Source: an uncultured Planctomycetota bacterium
GTDB taxonomy: Bacteria; Planctomycetota; Planctomycetia; Isosphaerales; Isosphaeraceae
DNA: 64,000 bases
Reading direction: 5' to 3'
NCBI GenBank assembly: GCA_963845755.1
Contig: CAWJTV010000041.1
Coordinates: 672,001-736,000 of the forward strand
Position numbers and translations under genes: made by a program. Positions 43,384 to 54,945 of this stretch are shown piece by piece. Below the pieces are notes generated by a model, which worked only from the letters and a program-made list of their open reading frames with translations, did no database searches and was not told the DNA's origin. Each line of letters opens with the position of its first letter. Positions within the stretch are counted from its first letter, which is position 1.

Positions 43384-46300
43384 ATGAGGATTTCATTCAA
43401 GAGCCTGCGCCGGCTGGGTCTTGGCCTGCTGATCGCGCTCACTCTGATTCTGGTCGTCCTGTGGCTCTGGGTGATCCCGGCGGTCATCAAGGCCGGGATC
43501 CGAGAGCACTATGACGGGGACTTTGCATTCAAGGGATGGTGGATCGGCCGCTCCTCAGCCGGAGTGACCGGTCTGACGTTGCATGAAGGTCCCTCGCCCA
43601 ACTCGCCGGTCTGGGCCCGCGTCGAACGGGTCACGACCGACCTCACCCTGGGTGGGCTGTTGCGTGGCCGGTTCACCCCGCGGCGGATTGTCTTTCGTCA
43701 GCCGTCCATCCAGTTTCGGATCGACGCCAAGGGGAATCCGCTCACGAACCTTCCGATCCGCCGCGACGGGGGTGGCGCATTCCCCGAATTGATCGTCGCG
43801 GACGGTGCGCTCTCGCTTGGACAGTCGGACCGGCCGGAAATGCACGTTGCGCACCTCAACGGCGGCATGACTCCCGACCCGGCCGGGCCGTCATTCCAGG
43901 TGAAGGCCGACGATCCGAGTTGGGGAAATCCGGCCCTGCGCGGTCACTTCAGCCGCGACTTCGCCGCGTTCGAATTCCGGTTGACGGCCGACGACCTCGT
44001 GGCCGACCCGGATAGGTACGCCCGCATCCCCTTCGTGGATGAGAACGTCTGGAACTATTGCGATCCCGCGGGACCGGTCGGAGTCGTGCTGGAAATGGTG
44101 CAGCCCCCCGCGGGATCGGGTCCGCTGGAAGTCCGGACGACCGTGACCTTCGAGCAGACGCGTGTCACCCTGCCCAGTCTCGGCCTGGTCGGCGAACAGG
44201 CGACCGGCCGGGTGACGATCCGGGACAATGTCGTCGGGTTGGATGACGTACAAGGCCGGATCGCCGGTGGCCGGGTGACATTCAATGGTACTCTGGATTT
44301 CGCCCACGAGCCCATCCGTTATCGACTGGCCCTGGCCCTTGATGGAGTTGACCTGTCCGCGTTGCCGGCATCGTGGCGGAGCGATCGCGCGGGAATCCAC
44401 GGCCAGTTCACCGGTTCAGCCGACCTGCGGATTGCCCTGATGCCGCAAGGGCTCGACCTGACGGGCTCGTCGAGCTCGGGCCGAATCGACAGGGCCGACG
44501 TCCGGGGAATTCCGCTCCAGGGGCTGGACCTGAACCTCCGGGCCGAGGGACTGCAACCGCTCGACCCATCCGCCCGGGTGCGAAGCGAGTTGTTCCTCCC
44601 GCAGTGGGTGGCCGCGGAGTTTCGGGTTCGCGACGTCGAGCTGGAGCGGGCGCTGGCGCAGGTCGAATCGTCGTCGACCCGCGCCAATCGCGACGTCCCG
44701 GTCTCCGGCCGTCTGGCCCTGGAGGCGACCGCGAGGCTGCCACTGGGGGCTCTGGAGGAGATGAAGGCTTATACCGTCCGGGGCGCGGCGGACCTGGCGG
44801 GTGCGTCGATCGGCGGCCTGGACCTCGGACGGTTGAAAGCGCGGTTCGATATGAAGGAGGGCGTGCTGGAGGTCGCCGACCTGCGTGGCCGGCTGGTCGA
44901 TCGGGGATCCCCGGGAGCGACCGATCCTCCCGAGGCCGATGGGCCCCTGCCCCCAGGCGGTTTCCGCGGCCGGGTTCGGGCGGATCTGTCGGGCGATCGG
45001 AAGATCCATGTGGACTTCGACGTCGCGGAGCTGCCCATCCGTGAACTCCTCGCGCCAGTTTCCTCCCGCGACCTGCCGCTCTCCGGCCGGGTCACGCTCC
45101 AGGCTTCCGCCGACGTGCGCGGGCCTGCACTGTCCGATCCTCGGGCCTGGACCGGCTCCGGACGCGCCCGCGTTCCCGAAGTCACTTACCAGAAGACGAC
45201 ACTTCGCGACGTCTCGACCACGTTCTCGATCGGGCACGGCCGGCTCGCGCTCTCGGACGTGAAGGCGCGGCTGGGCGATGATCCACTCCAGGGACGGTGC
45301 GGGATCGATCTGGCGGAGCCCTGGGCTTTTGAAGGGGAGCTGAATACAGGTGATCTTCCGTTGCGCGACCTGGTCGCTTTGGTCCCTCACGTCCCGGAGA
45401 ATTTCCCCGTCTCGGGCACAATCGCGGGCCGCGGGACGGCCCGGGGCACGATCCGGCCATGGCGGATTGAGAGCTCGGGCGAGGCGCGGATCCTCCACGC
45501 TCAGGGAGGCCGGTTCTCCATCGGCGATGTGCCGATCCGTTGGACGACTTCGGACGAGAACATCCTCCTTTCGGCGCAGGAGATCCAGCGCGATGGCGGC
45601 CGGATCGCGGCCGAGGCGCGGGTACCGGTCCGCGGCGACTTGCCCATCGAGGGGACGATCCACTTGAAGCACGTTGACGCGGCCGAGCTTACAGCCGAGT
45701 TCCCGGCGTCGTGGAAGATGACCGGCCGGGCCGACGGTCAAGGCCGGTTCCGGCTGCGGCCCGGCGCGGGCGGCCACGGCCCGGATGTGGAGGGAGAAGC
45801 CCAACTCTCGGCCGACGAACTGACTGTCCGCGGCATGCCCGCCGACGCAGTGGGGATCTCGCTGACCATGCGCGACGGCGTCCCCAGATTTGACTTTCAG
45901 GCCGAGGGACTCGGCGGCTCCATTCATGTGTCGGGCGACGCGCATCTCGCCAAGGACCCGAAGGACGACGAGGTGCACGCCGAGGTGAAGGCCATCGCCG
46001 TGCAGCTTTTCGACATCTGGGATGCGCTGGGCACCAGCAGCGGCATCACGGCGCTGCGGGGTCGAGGAAACCTCAAAGGTCAGTTGCGGGCCCATACAAA
46101 CTTCAAGGACATCCGGGCGAACGGCGAGGTCGACCTGGACGAGCTGGTCTGGGGCTATGACTACCGGCTGGGACGGCTTCACGCCCAATTGAGTAGGGCC
46201 CCTGATGGATGGCGGATCGGTCCGCTCGGCGGCGAACTTTGGGGCAGTCCGGTCAAGGGCGAAGGGATCTGGGCGGAGCATCCCGAAGGGGGACGGTCGC

Positions 46301-47256
46301 GATTCGGCTTCGACCTTCGTCTCGATCGGATCGCGCTGTTGCGCGGCCTGGCCTTCTGGCCCGAGGGCGATCGGCGGTTCGGGGGGTTCGGCTCGTTGCG
46401 GGTCACCGGCAAGTCGTACGATGCCTTCCGGGGTACCGCCGAATTTCGCGTCGATCGGGGGCTGGTCAACGGACTGGAATTGACCGAACTCCGTGCGCCG
46501 GCCGATTGGTCGTTCACCACCCAGGGATCCCGGCGAGGAACCCTCCGGATTCAGAAGGCGGCCGGGAAGCTCGCCGGGGGCCGTGTCGGCGGCGACGCCC
46601 AGATCGCGCTGGGCGACCGGCGTGACTTCCGCGCCAAGCTGTTCGTCGACGACGTCGACCTCCGCGTGATGAGCCGGGACGAGGTGGCGAACCGGTCGGT
46701 CCCGGGGCGGATCTCCGGGTTCGCGACCGTTTACGGGACCGACCCGCTCCAGCCGGCCAGCTACCGCGGTGAGCTGGATTTCGACCTGGTCCAGGCCTCG
46801 CTGGTCGACATCCCGCTCCTGGACGAGCTGGACCGCTCGCTCGGCTCGGCCCAGGGCGGGGTGTTCGACGAAGGGGACCTGCATGGCCTCATCGCCGACC
46901 AGCGGCTCCGCATCGATCGCCTGACCCTCATCGGCCCCTTGGCCCAGGTCCACGCCACCGGCTGGCTCGATTTCGACGGCCGGCTCAACCTGGAGGTCGT
47001 CGTCAATACCAACCGAGGGATCCCCGCGGCCGGCCAGGCGTTCCTCGCGCAGGCCCCCAACGTCGCCGAGACCGTCGAGCGCCGGGCGGCGGCGATTGAC
47101 CAGGTCGCTGATTTCCTCTCCTCGCGATTGTTGATGTTCCGGATCACGGGGACCCTCCGCGATCCCGTCGCCAGCGTTGACCGCTCGATCAACGCCCGCG
47201 CCGCCATCGGTTTTTTCCTCAGGGCCATGAGACTGTCGATGCAGTCGCGGAGATGA
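43384..47256 (+). CDS. AsmA-like (repeating beta-groove) envelope protein
   Basis: N-terminal TM, 1290 aa of Gly-rich beta strands, C-terminal ATGWLDFDGRLNL / FRITGTLRDP. Confidence 0.8.
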   Translation: MRISFKSLRRLGLGLLIALTLILVVLWLWVIPAVIKAGIREHYDGDFAFKGWWIGRSSAGVTGLTLHEGPSPNSPVWARVERVTTDLTLGGLLRGRFTPRRIVFRQPSIQFRIDAKGNPLTNLPIRRDGGGAFPELIVADGALSLGQSDRPEMHVAHLNGGMTPDPAGPSFQVKADDPSWGNPALRGHFSRDFAAFEFRLTADDLVADPDRYARIPFVDENVWNYCDPAGPVGVVLEMVQPPAGSGPLEVRTTVTFEQTRVTLPSLGLVGEQATGRVTIRDNVVGLDDVQGRIAGGRVTFNGTLDFAHEPIRYRLALALDGVDLSALPASWRSDRAGIHGQFTGSADLRIALMPQGLDLTGSSSSGRIDRADVRGIPLQGLDLNLRAEGLQPLDPSARVRSELFLPQWVAAEFRVRDVELERALAQVESSSTRANRDVPVSGRLALEATARLPLGALEEMKAYTVRGAADLAGASIGGLDLGRLKARFDMKEGVLEVADLRGRLVDRGSPGATDPPEADGPLPPGGFRGRVRADLSGDRKIHVDFDVAELPIRELLAPVSSRDLPLSGRVTLQASADVRGPALSDPRAWTGSGRARVPEVTYQKTTLRDVSTTFSIGHGRLALSDVKARLGDDPLQGRCGIDLAEPWAFEGELNTGDLPLRDLVALVPHVPENFPVSGTIAGRGTARGTIRPWRIESSGEARILHAQGGRFSIGDVPIRWTTSDENILLSAQEIQRDGGRIAAEARVPVRGDLPIEGTIHLKHVDAAELTAEFPASWKMTGRADGQGRFRLRPGAGGHGPDVEGEAQLSADELTVRGMPADAVGISLTMRDGVPRFDFQAEGLGGSIHVSGDAHLAKDPKDDEVHAEVKAIAVQLFDIWDALGTSSGITALRGRGNLKGQLRAHTNFKDIRANGEVDLDELVWGYDYRLGRLHAQLSRAPDGWRIGPLGGELWGSPVKGEGIWAEHPEGGRSRFGFDLRLDRIALLRGLAFWPEGDRRFGGFGSLRVTGKSYDAFRGTAEFRVDRGLVNGLELTELRAPADWSFTTQGSRRGTLRIQKAAGKLAGGRVGGDAQIALGDRRDFRAKLFVDDVDLRVMSRDEVANRSVPGRISGFATVYGTDPLQPASYRGELDFDLVQASLVDIPLLDELDRSLGSAQGGVFDEGDLHGLIADQRLRIDRLTLIGPLAQVHATGWLDFDGRLNLEVVVNTNRGIPAAGQAFLAQAPNVAETVERRAAAIDQVADFLSSRLLMFRITGTLRDPVASVDRSINARAAIGFFLRAMRLSMQSRR

Positions 47257-47359
47257 GCAGGTCGCGCCGAAAGATTTTTCGAAAAGAATCAGGTCCGTGG
47301 ACGTCACTCGCTGCATAGTAGTGAGGACTGCATCGAAGATCACGGCGGGGCGCACGACC

Positions 47360-49008
47360 ATGGGAAAGGGACAATCCGGCGGCTCATTGCGGCAATTGCG
47401 AGCCCTGTTCGCGGCCGGCACGGCGACGGGGCTGTCCGACAGCGAGCTCCTCGAGCGGTACAGGGCCAAACGGGCCGAGTCGGCCGAGGCCGCGGCAGGG
47501 GCGGAAATCGCCTTCGCGGCCCTGATGGATCGCCACGGAGCGATGGTCTGGGGGGTCTGCCGGCGCGTGCTCGGCGATACGCACGAGGCGGAGGACGCCT
47601 TCCAGGCTACCTTCCTCGTCCTCGTGCGTAAGGCCGGATCGGTGCGGGTGGATGGGTCCCTCGGCCGATGGCTCTATGGGGTCGCCCACCGCGTCGCGCT
47701 TCGGGCGCGGTCCGAATCTCGGCGCCGAGGGTCCGGGATCGGCCGCGTTCCGCCCACGTCGTCCGATGATCCCGCAGGCGACGCGGAACTCGGAGAGCTC
47801 CGCAACGTCGTCGGTGAGGAACTGGACCGGCTACCGGCGAAGTACCGATGCCCGGTCGAGCTCTGCCACCTCCAGGGGATGACTTATGACCAGGCGGCCC
47901 GGCAGCTCGACTGGCCGGTGGCGACCGTCAAGAGCCGACTGACCAAGGGCCGGCTCAGGTTACGGGCGAGGCTGGCACATCGCGGCCTCGCGCCCGGTAC
48001 TGTCGTTGCCGGAATGGCTTCGGTACTCACCCGAGAAGCCCGGGCGGCCGTTCCCCAGCAACTCGTTCGATCCACGGCTCGTGTGGCAACGGCGTGCGCC
48101 CCCGGCGCGTTAACGGCGGCGGTCTTTGATCTTACCGAAGGAGTCCTGAAGATGATGATGTGGGAGAAGCTCAGGCTGGTCGCGGTCGGCACCCTCGTCG
48201 CCGTCGGCCTGACGGCCCAGGCCCTGTCGCAGCAGGCGCCGAAGGATGAGATTCGCGCAGCGCGGCCGCCCCAGGTCGTGGTGCAACCCGCCGAGAAACC
48301 GAACGACAAGCCGGCGGGCGATCGCCGATGGGTACGGAGCCTGTCGAGCGGAGCCCTCATCGAGATTGTCGGGGTTTCCTCCTTTCCCTCCGGACCCGAT
48401 ACCTGGTGGCGTCCCGACGGGACGCCGTTACCGAAAGCGCCCTGTGACCCGGTCGAGCCGAGGATCTCGGGGGAGAACGCCGTCCGTGTTTTGGTTGTGG
48501 TGCGCGAGGCGCGCATTCCCGAGGGCGCCGACCATCAGTGGTCGATCACCGAGGCTCGGGGCGCAGCCTGGGGGCCCGCTCTGCGAGACGGCAAACCTTT
48601 ACCCGATCTGACCGAGATGACGGCCCTGCTCCCGACCGATGCAAGCACGTGCACGGTCCATTTCAAAGTCGCGGCCGGTCCCTGGAAGACGATCCAGAAA
48701 TGGGGGAAGGGGGCGGGCGTATCGGCGGAATCGACGCGAGTTTCATCTTCGGTGACACAATCGCAACCAAGAAGGGGACGACCTTATCGGTCACTCATGA
48801 CATCCTGGAAAAATCCTTGCGGCTCGTCGCGATCGACAGCCAGGGCGAGGAAGTCCCGGGGAAGACCCGGTCGGCCACCTCGGTGAAGGACTTCAGGCAG
48901 ATCGTCGTCGAGTTCGACCAGACCCCCGAGCAGATCAAGGAATTCCGGATCCAGACCCGGACCTATGAAGAGGTTGAGATTCCACGGATCGCTCTCAAAC
49001 GCAAATAA
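47360..49008 (+). CDS. ECF RNA polymerase sigma factor with TM and C-terminal extension (frameshift near 48713)
   Basis: SDSELLERY, HGAMVWGVCRRVL, AEDAFQATFLVL, LPAKYR, TVKSRL, then hydrophobic KLRLVAVGTLVAVGL. Confidence 0.9.
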
Positions 49009-49376
49009 ACCGCCCGGAAGCGAGGAATGCCATCTCGAGCACCTCACGGTTGCATTGCACACGGGAGGTAGGGTGCTTTGTGAGCACGGATCCCCACGTC
49101 AGGCCCGCGTTGGTACTCCCGGCGCGGCCCGGCCGCAACGGATCAAGACCGATTCACCAAGAAATCCGGATGAGCCAATCCCTTCACGACACAGGCGCAG
49201 AGATCACCCGGACGCTCCATGTTATCGCCGAGCGGTCAGGTGTCCGGCCCGACGAGATCGCAAGCGATTCAGCAGGCATCGCATCGCCCTCTCGAACGGA
49301 TGCGACGAAGCCGTTATGATTGAGAGGCGTGGAAGGTGGGACGAACCGACGTCGGAACCTTGAGAGCGCGCGATCG

Positions 49377-50744
49377 ATGCCGATTCAGTTTCAATGTGCC
49401 TGCGGCAAGAAGTTGCAAGCCGATGACGCGCTCGCGGGCCGGATGACGCGATGTCCGCAATGCCAGGCCGTTCTCAAGATCCCCAGGCCGGAAGTCGATC
49501 GGGAGTCCGCCGCGGACGTGATTCCGCCGGCGCCGGCTCCCGAGCCGGGAGCCGGCGTGGGTCCCCCGGCGTTGTACGATCCCGAGCCGCCGGCCCGGCA
49601 GCCGATCTCACTCACGATGACGGCCGTCCCGCCGATCGATGATCCCACGTCGAACACGGCAGCTTCCGGGCCGGCTCTGCCGGCCTCGGGATCGTTCCGC
49701 GAGTATGCGTACCTGCTTCTTGGGCTGGCGCTGATCCCGCTATTCTTTTCGCTGCTCGGCGAGGACGACTCCCAGACGACGATCGTGCAACGCATTGATG
49801 CGACGCTCAAAGAGGCGACGCCGGAACAGCGCCAGCGCGTCCAGCCGATCCTCACGAAGGAGGACGGTGTGAGCCTGGACGATCTGCTCCGGGCGATGCC
49901 CGAGGGGAAGCTCCTGGGCGCCCACCTGCCCCGCGACTCGGCGATGCACTGGATGTATGCCGCGGTCACCGCCGCCGGCTTCCTGATCCTGACCCTCGCG
50001 TTCTTCTCCGTCGAGCGGGCCAACCCGCTCCACCTGCTGGGCATCGGCCTGTTCACGGGCACCGTGGGCATCGTCTTCCTGATCCTGGTCCAATTCTGCT
50101 CGCAGTTCCGCGTCGGCCGGATCTATGGCCGAGGCTGGGTGGCCCTGATCATGCTGATCCTGATGTTCATCGGATGGTCGTACCACTCGGCGCTCGATCC
50201 GAAAAGCAATCTGGTCTGGAGCGCGATCGGGTTCACCTTCGGGGTCGGCCTTTGCGAGGAGCTGACCAAGGCGATTCCGCTGTTCTTCTACCTCCAGCGC
50301 GACGCGGCCATGGGCTGGCGCGGGGCGTGCCTCTGGGGACTGGCTTCCGGCGTCGGCTTCGGGGTCTCCGAGGGGATCATGTACTCGGGCGACCACTACA
50401 ACGGGATCAGCGGCGGCGAGATCTACATCGTCCGATTCGTCTCGTGCGTGGCCCTGCATGCGATGTGGGCCGCATCGGTCGGGATCGCGATCGCGCGGCA
50501 CATCGATGAGTATGAGAGCGTGTCCGACAAGGGCCAGTTCGCCCTGTTCATGCTGCGCATGCTGGCGGTGCCGATGGTGCTCCACGGACTGTATGACACG
50601 CTGCTCAAGAAGGACATGAACGTGTGGGCCCTGGTTGTCGCGGTCATCTCGTTCGGCTGGCTGGCGATGCAGATCGAGATGGCTCGGGCCACGCAGCCGG
50701 GTGCGGGAGTCGTCGGAAAACGGAAGCGGCGGCTGGCCTATTGA
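49377..50744 (+). CDS. PrsW-family intramembrane protease with N-terminal zinc ribbon
   Basis: CACG...CPQC, Pro-rich linker, GLCEELTK, GFGVSEG, LHAMW, LHGLYD. Confidence 0.88.
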   Translation: MPIQFQCACGKKLQADDALAGRMTRCPQCQAVLKIPRPEVDRESAADVIPPAPAPEPGAGVGPPALYDPEPPARQPISLTMTAVPPIDDPTSNTAASGPALPASGSFREYAYLLLGLALIPLFFSLLGEDDSQTTIVQRIDATLKEATPEQRQRVQPILTKEDGVSLDDLLRAMPEGKLLGAHLPRDSAMHWMYAAVTAAGFLILTLAFFSVERANPLHLLGIGLFTGTVGIVFLILVQFCSQFRVGRIYGRGWVALIMLILMFIGWSYHSALDPKSNLVWSAIGFTFGVGLCEELTKAIPLFFYLQRDAAMGWRGACLWGLASGVGFGVSEGIMYSGDHYNGISGGEIYIVRFVSCVALHAMWAASVGIAIARHIDEYESVSDKGQFALFMLRMLAVPMVLHGLYDTLLKKDMNVWALVVAVISFGWLAMQIEMARATQPGAGVVGKRKRRLAY

Positions 50745-50804
50745 GGTCGAGGAATCCATCCCGCACGGCTCGTCGAGATTCTCTTCCAGGGAGCCATCCA
50801 GGTC

Positions 50805-51380
50805 ATGTCACTCGATATCCTCATCATCTACGGGTCAGTCCGCCGCGATCGCCAGGGGATCCGCGGCGCGGTTCATCCTCGAGACCTGCCGGGCGCGGGG
50901 CCATCACGCGACGCTGGTCGACCCCGTCGAGGAGCGTCTTCCGCTCCTGGACCGGATGTACAAGGAATACGCGGCCGGTGCGGCTCCCGAGGCACTCGAG
51001 CGCCTGGCAGGCCGGATCAAGGCCGCCGACGCCTTCATCATCGTCTCGGGCGAGTACAACCACAGCATCCCGCCGGCGCTCTCGAACCTCCTCGACCACT
51101 TCCTGGAAGAGTACTTCTGGCGGCCCTCCGCGATCGTCTGCTATTCGGCCGGCGCATTCGGCGGCGTGAGGGCGGCGATGCAGTTGCGGGCGATGCTCTG
51201 CGAGCTGGGGACCCCGAGCATTCCCTCCTTGCTCCCGGTCCCGCGCGTGCAAGACGCCTTCGACGACGAGGGCCGTCCTCTCGACGAATCCTACCCTAAG
51301 CGCGCCGGCCGGTTCCTGGACGAGCTGGAATGGTATGCCAATGCCCTGAAGGCCGCGCGCAGGCCGGCGTGCCGTATTGA
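50805..51380 (+). CDS. NADPH-dependent FMN reductase (frameshifts near 50865 and 51360)
   Basis: GSVRRDRQG, EYNHSIPPALSNLLD, GGVRA. Corrected C-terminus GVPY*. Confidence 0.88.
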
Positions 51381-51705
51381 GAGGATTTACGAGGTGGCTC
51401 CGCCGCGGCGTGTCGCCGGACGCCGGCTCGCAGGGGGACGGATTCCGTCGCCGACTCGGCCTCGGCACCCGCGATCGCTTTGACGCAGGGGGTGCCGACC
51501 GACCAGGATGATCCAACCGCCCGCTCGCGGCGGCTCCGGCGGCACGATAGAATCGACGTTCGGCATGAGGGGAGCGCGTGGATGACCTGGCCTCGCCGGT
51601 CTGTCCAGTCCCGCCTCGGGAAGAATCCATGGCGTCTGGTCTCTTGTCGCCACCAACCGACTCCGGTGCGGATCGGAACCTCGATTCGAATCGAAAGGGA
51701 ATACC

Positions 51706-53444
51706 GTGTTGCAGACGAGACGGAAACCCATTCGACGAAGGGACTCGGCCCTGGTCGTCCTCGTGGTCCTGGTCCTGAACCTGACCGCCTGGCTCGCCGC
51801 TCCCGCGTTCGGGTCCGACCCCTGGGTCGTCTACAAGGGCTCGGACGGGCCGGGCAAGGGGAAGCAGGTCGTCCTGGTCAGCGGCGACGAGGAGTATCGC
51901 TCCGAGGAGGCCCTGCCGCAACTGGCCAAGATCCTCGCCACGCGACACGGATTCACGTGCACGGTGCTCTTCGCCATCGGCAAGGACGGAACGATCGACC
52001 CGAACCAGGGCGACAACATCCCCGGCCTCGAGGCACTTCGCTCGGCCGACCTGATGATTATTGCCACAAGGTTCCGCGACCTGCCCGACGACCAGATGAA
52101 GGACATGGTCGCCTACATCGAATCGGGCCGCCCGATCATCGGCATGCGGACCGCGACCCACGCCTTCAACCTCAAGAGCAAGACCTATGCGGATTACTCG
52201 TGGAACAGCAAGGCGTGGGTCGGCGGGTTTGGCCGTCAGGTGCTGGGTGAGACGTGGGTGAATCATCACGGGCACCACGGCAAGGAGAGCACGCGCGGGA
52301 TGATCGCGCCCGGAGCGAAGGATCATCCAATCCTCCGCGGGATCCAGGACGGCGACATCTGGGGGCCGACCGACGTCTATGAAGCCCATCCGCCCGCCGA
52401 CTGCAAGCCGCTGGTCCTCGGCCAGGTGCTCAAGGGGATGAAGCCGGCCGACGAGCCGGTCGCGGGCAAGAAGAACGATCCGATGATGCCCGTCGCCTGG
52501 GTGAAGACCTACACGGGTAAGTCCGGGAAATCCGCGCACATCTTCACCACCACCATGGGGGCCGCGACCGACCTCGAGAGCGAGGGCACGCGCCGGCTGC
52601 TGGTCAACGCCATCTACTGGGCCGTCGGGCTCGAGGACAAGATCCCCGCGCGGACCGACGTGACTCTCGTCGGCGAGTATCACCCCCTGCCCTTCGGCTT
52701 CAACGGGGCCAAGAAGGGTGTCAAGCCCGAGCATCACCTCGTTCCGAGTGCCGCCCCGCAGGCGGCCGACAGTTCCAGCGCGACGTCCGACCTGGTGTTG
52801 CCGAAAGCTTTCCTGAACGGGACCGGGCCGGGCTGGAAGGCGCTCGGTCAGGACGACTTCGCGCGGGTCAACTGCGACCCCGAGACCTGGACGTGGAGGG
52901 ACGGCGTGATCCACTGCACGGGACACCCGGTCGGCGTGCTCCGCACCAGCAAGCCGGTGACCAACTTCGAGCTGGTCGCCGAGTGGAAACACCTCGAATC
53001 GGGCGGGAATTCGGGGATCTTCGTGTGGGCTCCGGAGAAGGCGCATCGAGGGCATCAAGCCGAACTCGTTGCCGCGCGGCGGTATCGAGGTGCAGATCCT
53101 CGACCACGGCTACAAGGACCGCTACGAGAAACGCTCCGGCAAGAAGGCGACCTGGTTCACGACCAACGGCGATGTCTTCGCAGTGGGAACGTCGAAGATG
53201 GCCCCGTTCCCGCCCGTGTCACCCGACGGCAGCCGCAGCTTCCCCCGGAAGAACCTGAGCAAGGGCATCGGCGAGTGGAACCACTATTATGTACGCGGCA
53301 TCAACGGCGAGGTCCGGCTCTGGGTCAACGGCGAGGAAGTCTCGGGCGGCAGCGGCTGCGAGCCGCGCACGGGGTATCTCTGCCTCGAGTCCGAGGGCGC
53401 CGCCGGTCGAGTTCCGGAACATCCGGATCCGCGAGCTGCCGTAG
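51706..53444 (+). CDS. ThuA-like domain + DUF1080 (3-keto-disaccharide hydrolase) fusion (frameshifts near 53045 and 53401)
   Basis: [21 protein letters not shown], then [40 protein letters not shown]. Confidence 0.82.
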
Positions 53445-53452
53445 GCCATCAC

Positions 53453-53543
53453 GATTCCCGATTCCGGATTCGAGATTCCGGTATCCGGATCCCGGATCCG
53501 GATCCCAGAACGGTGATAATCCGGAATCTCGAATCCGGAATCC
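53453..53543. repeat. Inverted degenerate heptamer repeats (GATTCCG)n / (CGGAATC)n
   Basis: Tandem GATTCC/GATCC units followed by complementary units. Related tracts at about 7410-7487, 17430-17459 and 54846-54909. Confidence 0.7.
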
Positions 53544-53560
53544 GCCCGAGGAGCGATCTG

Positions 53561-54627
53561 ATGTCGATGCCTTCCGATGACCTGGGTCGAACGCCGGTGG
53601 GTCTGGATCCCGTCCCTGGGCGGCCGGACGCCGCCAGGCAGTTGCCGCCATTGCCCGATCACGACCTGGCGCTGAACCTGGTGCGGACCACGGAAGCGGC
53701 CGCGCTGGGCGCGGCGCGATGGGTGGGCCGGGGTGACAAGAACGCGGCCGACCAGGGGGCCGTCAACGCCATGCGGTTGTTCTTCAACGCCGTGCCCATG
53801 GACGGCGTGGTCGTCATCGGCGAGGGAGAGAAGGACGAGGCGCCGAATGCTCTTCAACGGCGAGCGGATCGGCACGGGCAGCCCGCCGGAGGTGGACGTC
53901 GCCGTCGACCCGATCGACGGCACGCGCCTGGTGGCCCAGGGCCAGGCGAATGCCCTGTCGGTCGTCGCCGTCTCGGAGCGCGGCTCGATGTTCGATCCCG
54001 GTCCGTGCGTGTACATGGAGAAGATCGTCACCGGCCGCGAGGCCGCGACGGCGATCGACATCACGGCCCCGATCGAGACGAACATCAAGAACGTGGCCAA
54101 GGCCAAGCGGATGTCGGTCAGCGACGTGACCATGATGATCCTCGACCGGCCCCGACACGAGGAGGTTGTGGACCGCGTTCGGAAGATGGGGGCGCGCGTC
54201 TATCTCCTGACCGACGGCGACGTCGCCGGTGCCATCACGGCCGCCCGCCGCGGCACGGGCGTGGATCTGCTCTACGGGATCGGCGGCACGCCCGAGGGGG
54301 TCGTCGCCGCCGCCGCGGTCAAGTGCCTCGGCGGAGTCATCCAGGGCCGGCTCTATCCCCGCGACGACGACGAGCGCACAGGCCGCCATCGCGGCCGGCT
54401 ACGACCTCGACCGCGTCCTGACCGAGGACGACCTGGTCAAGGGAGACGACATCTTCTTCGCCTGCACGGGGATCACCGACGGGGCCCTGGTCCAGGGTGT
54501 CCGGTTCTTCACCGATGGGGCCACCACCGAGTCGATCGTGATGCGCGGCAGCACGGGGACCATCCGCGTCATCCGCGGCGAGCACCGCGTCGGAAAGCTC
54601 AAGCAGATCTATGGCGAGGAGCCGTGA
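53561..54627 (+). CDS. glpX: Class II fructose-1,6-bisphosphatase (frameshifts near 53848 and 54378)
   Basis: [59 protein letters not shown]. Confidence 0.95.
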
Positions 54628-54673
54628 GCCGCACCTCCTCGACAGCCGGACGTCCCTAGACAAGACTGATGAC

Positions 54674-54847
54674 ATGAAAACGCCCCGCAGACCGCCGTTG
54701 CAAAGATTCCTGCACTTCAGCCTGCGCTCGCTCCTCGTCATGATCCTCGCGGCCGGCCTTGGCGTGGGATGGCCTGTCCGTGGCGCACGGATTCAAATCT
54801 TCCTCCGCAGGATCTCTGCGTCTTCGGCGCATCTGAGAGATCCTTGA
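54674..54847 (+). pseudogene. Truncated fragment of a planctomycete FSLRxLL-leader membrane protein
   Basis: RFLHFSLRSLLVMILAAGLGVGWPVRGARIQ, then an early stop next to a heptamer repeat tract. Confidence 0.4.
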
Positions 54848-54945
54848 TTCCGAATTCCCGAATCCCGATTCCGAATTCCCGAATCCTTCTTCATCCGGAA
54901 TCTTGAATATTGAACCTCGGCTGGGTCGCGGCGTCGCTTCTGGCC

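Noticed and set aside
44416..47469. 1017-aa antisense ORF and similar long shadows (50824..53058, 58052..59941, 59708..61012)
   Set aside because: Antisense or upstream extensions of clear genes, typical of high-GC DNA, with no recognisable motifs.
49050..49319. Small ORF between ECF and PrsW as an anti-sigma factor
   Set aside because: No TM or ZAS motif and no protein-like features. It overlaps a REP-like hairpin.
53069..54421. DUF1080-GlpX fusion ORF
   Set aside because: Created by frameshifts. The corrected upstream gene stops at 53444 and glpX has its own RBS and start.
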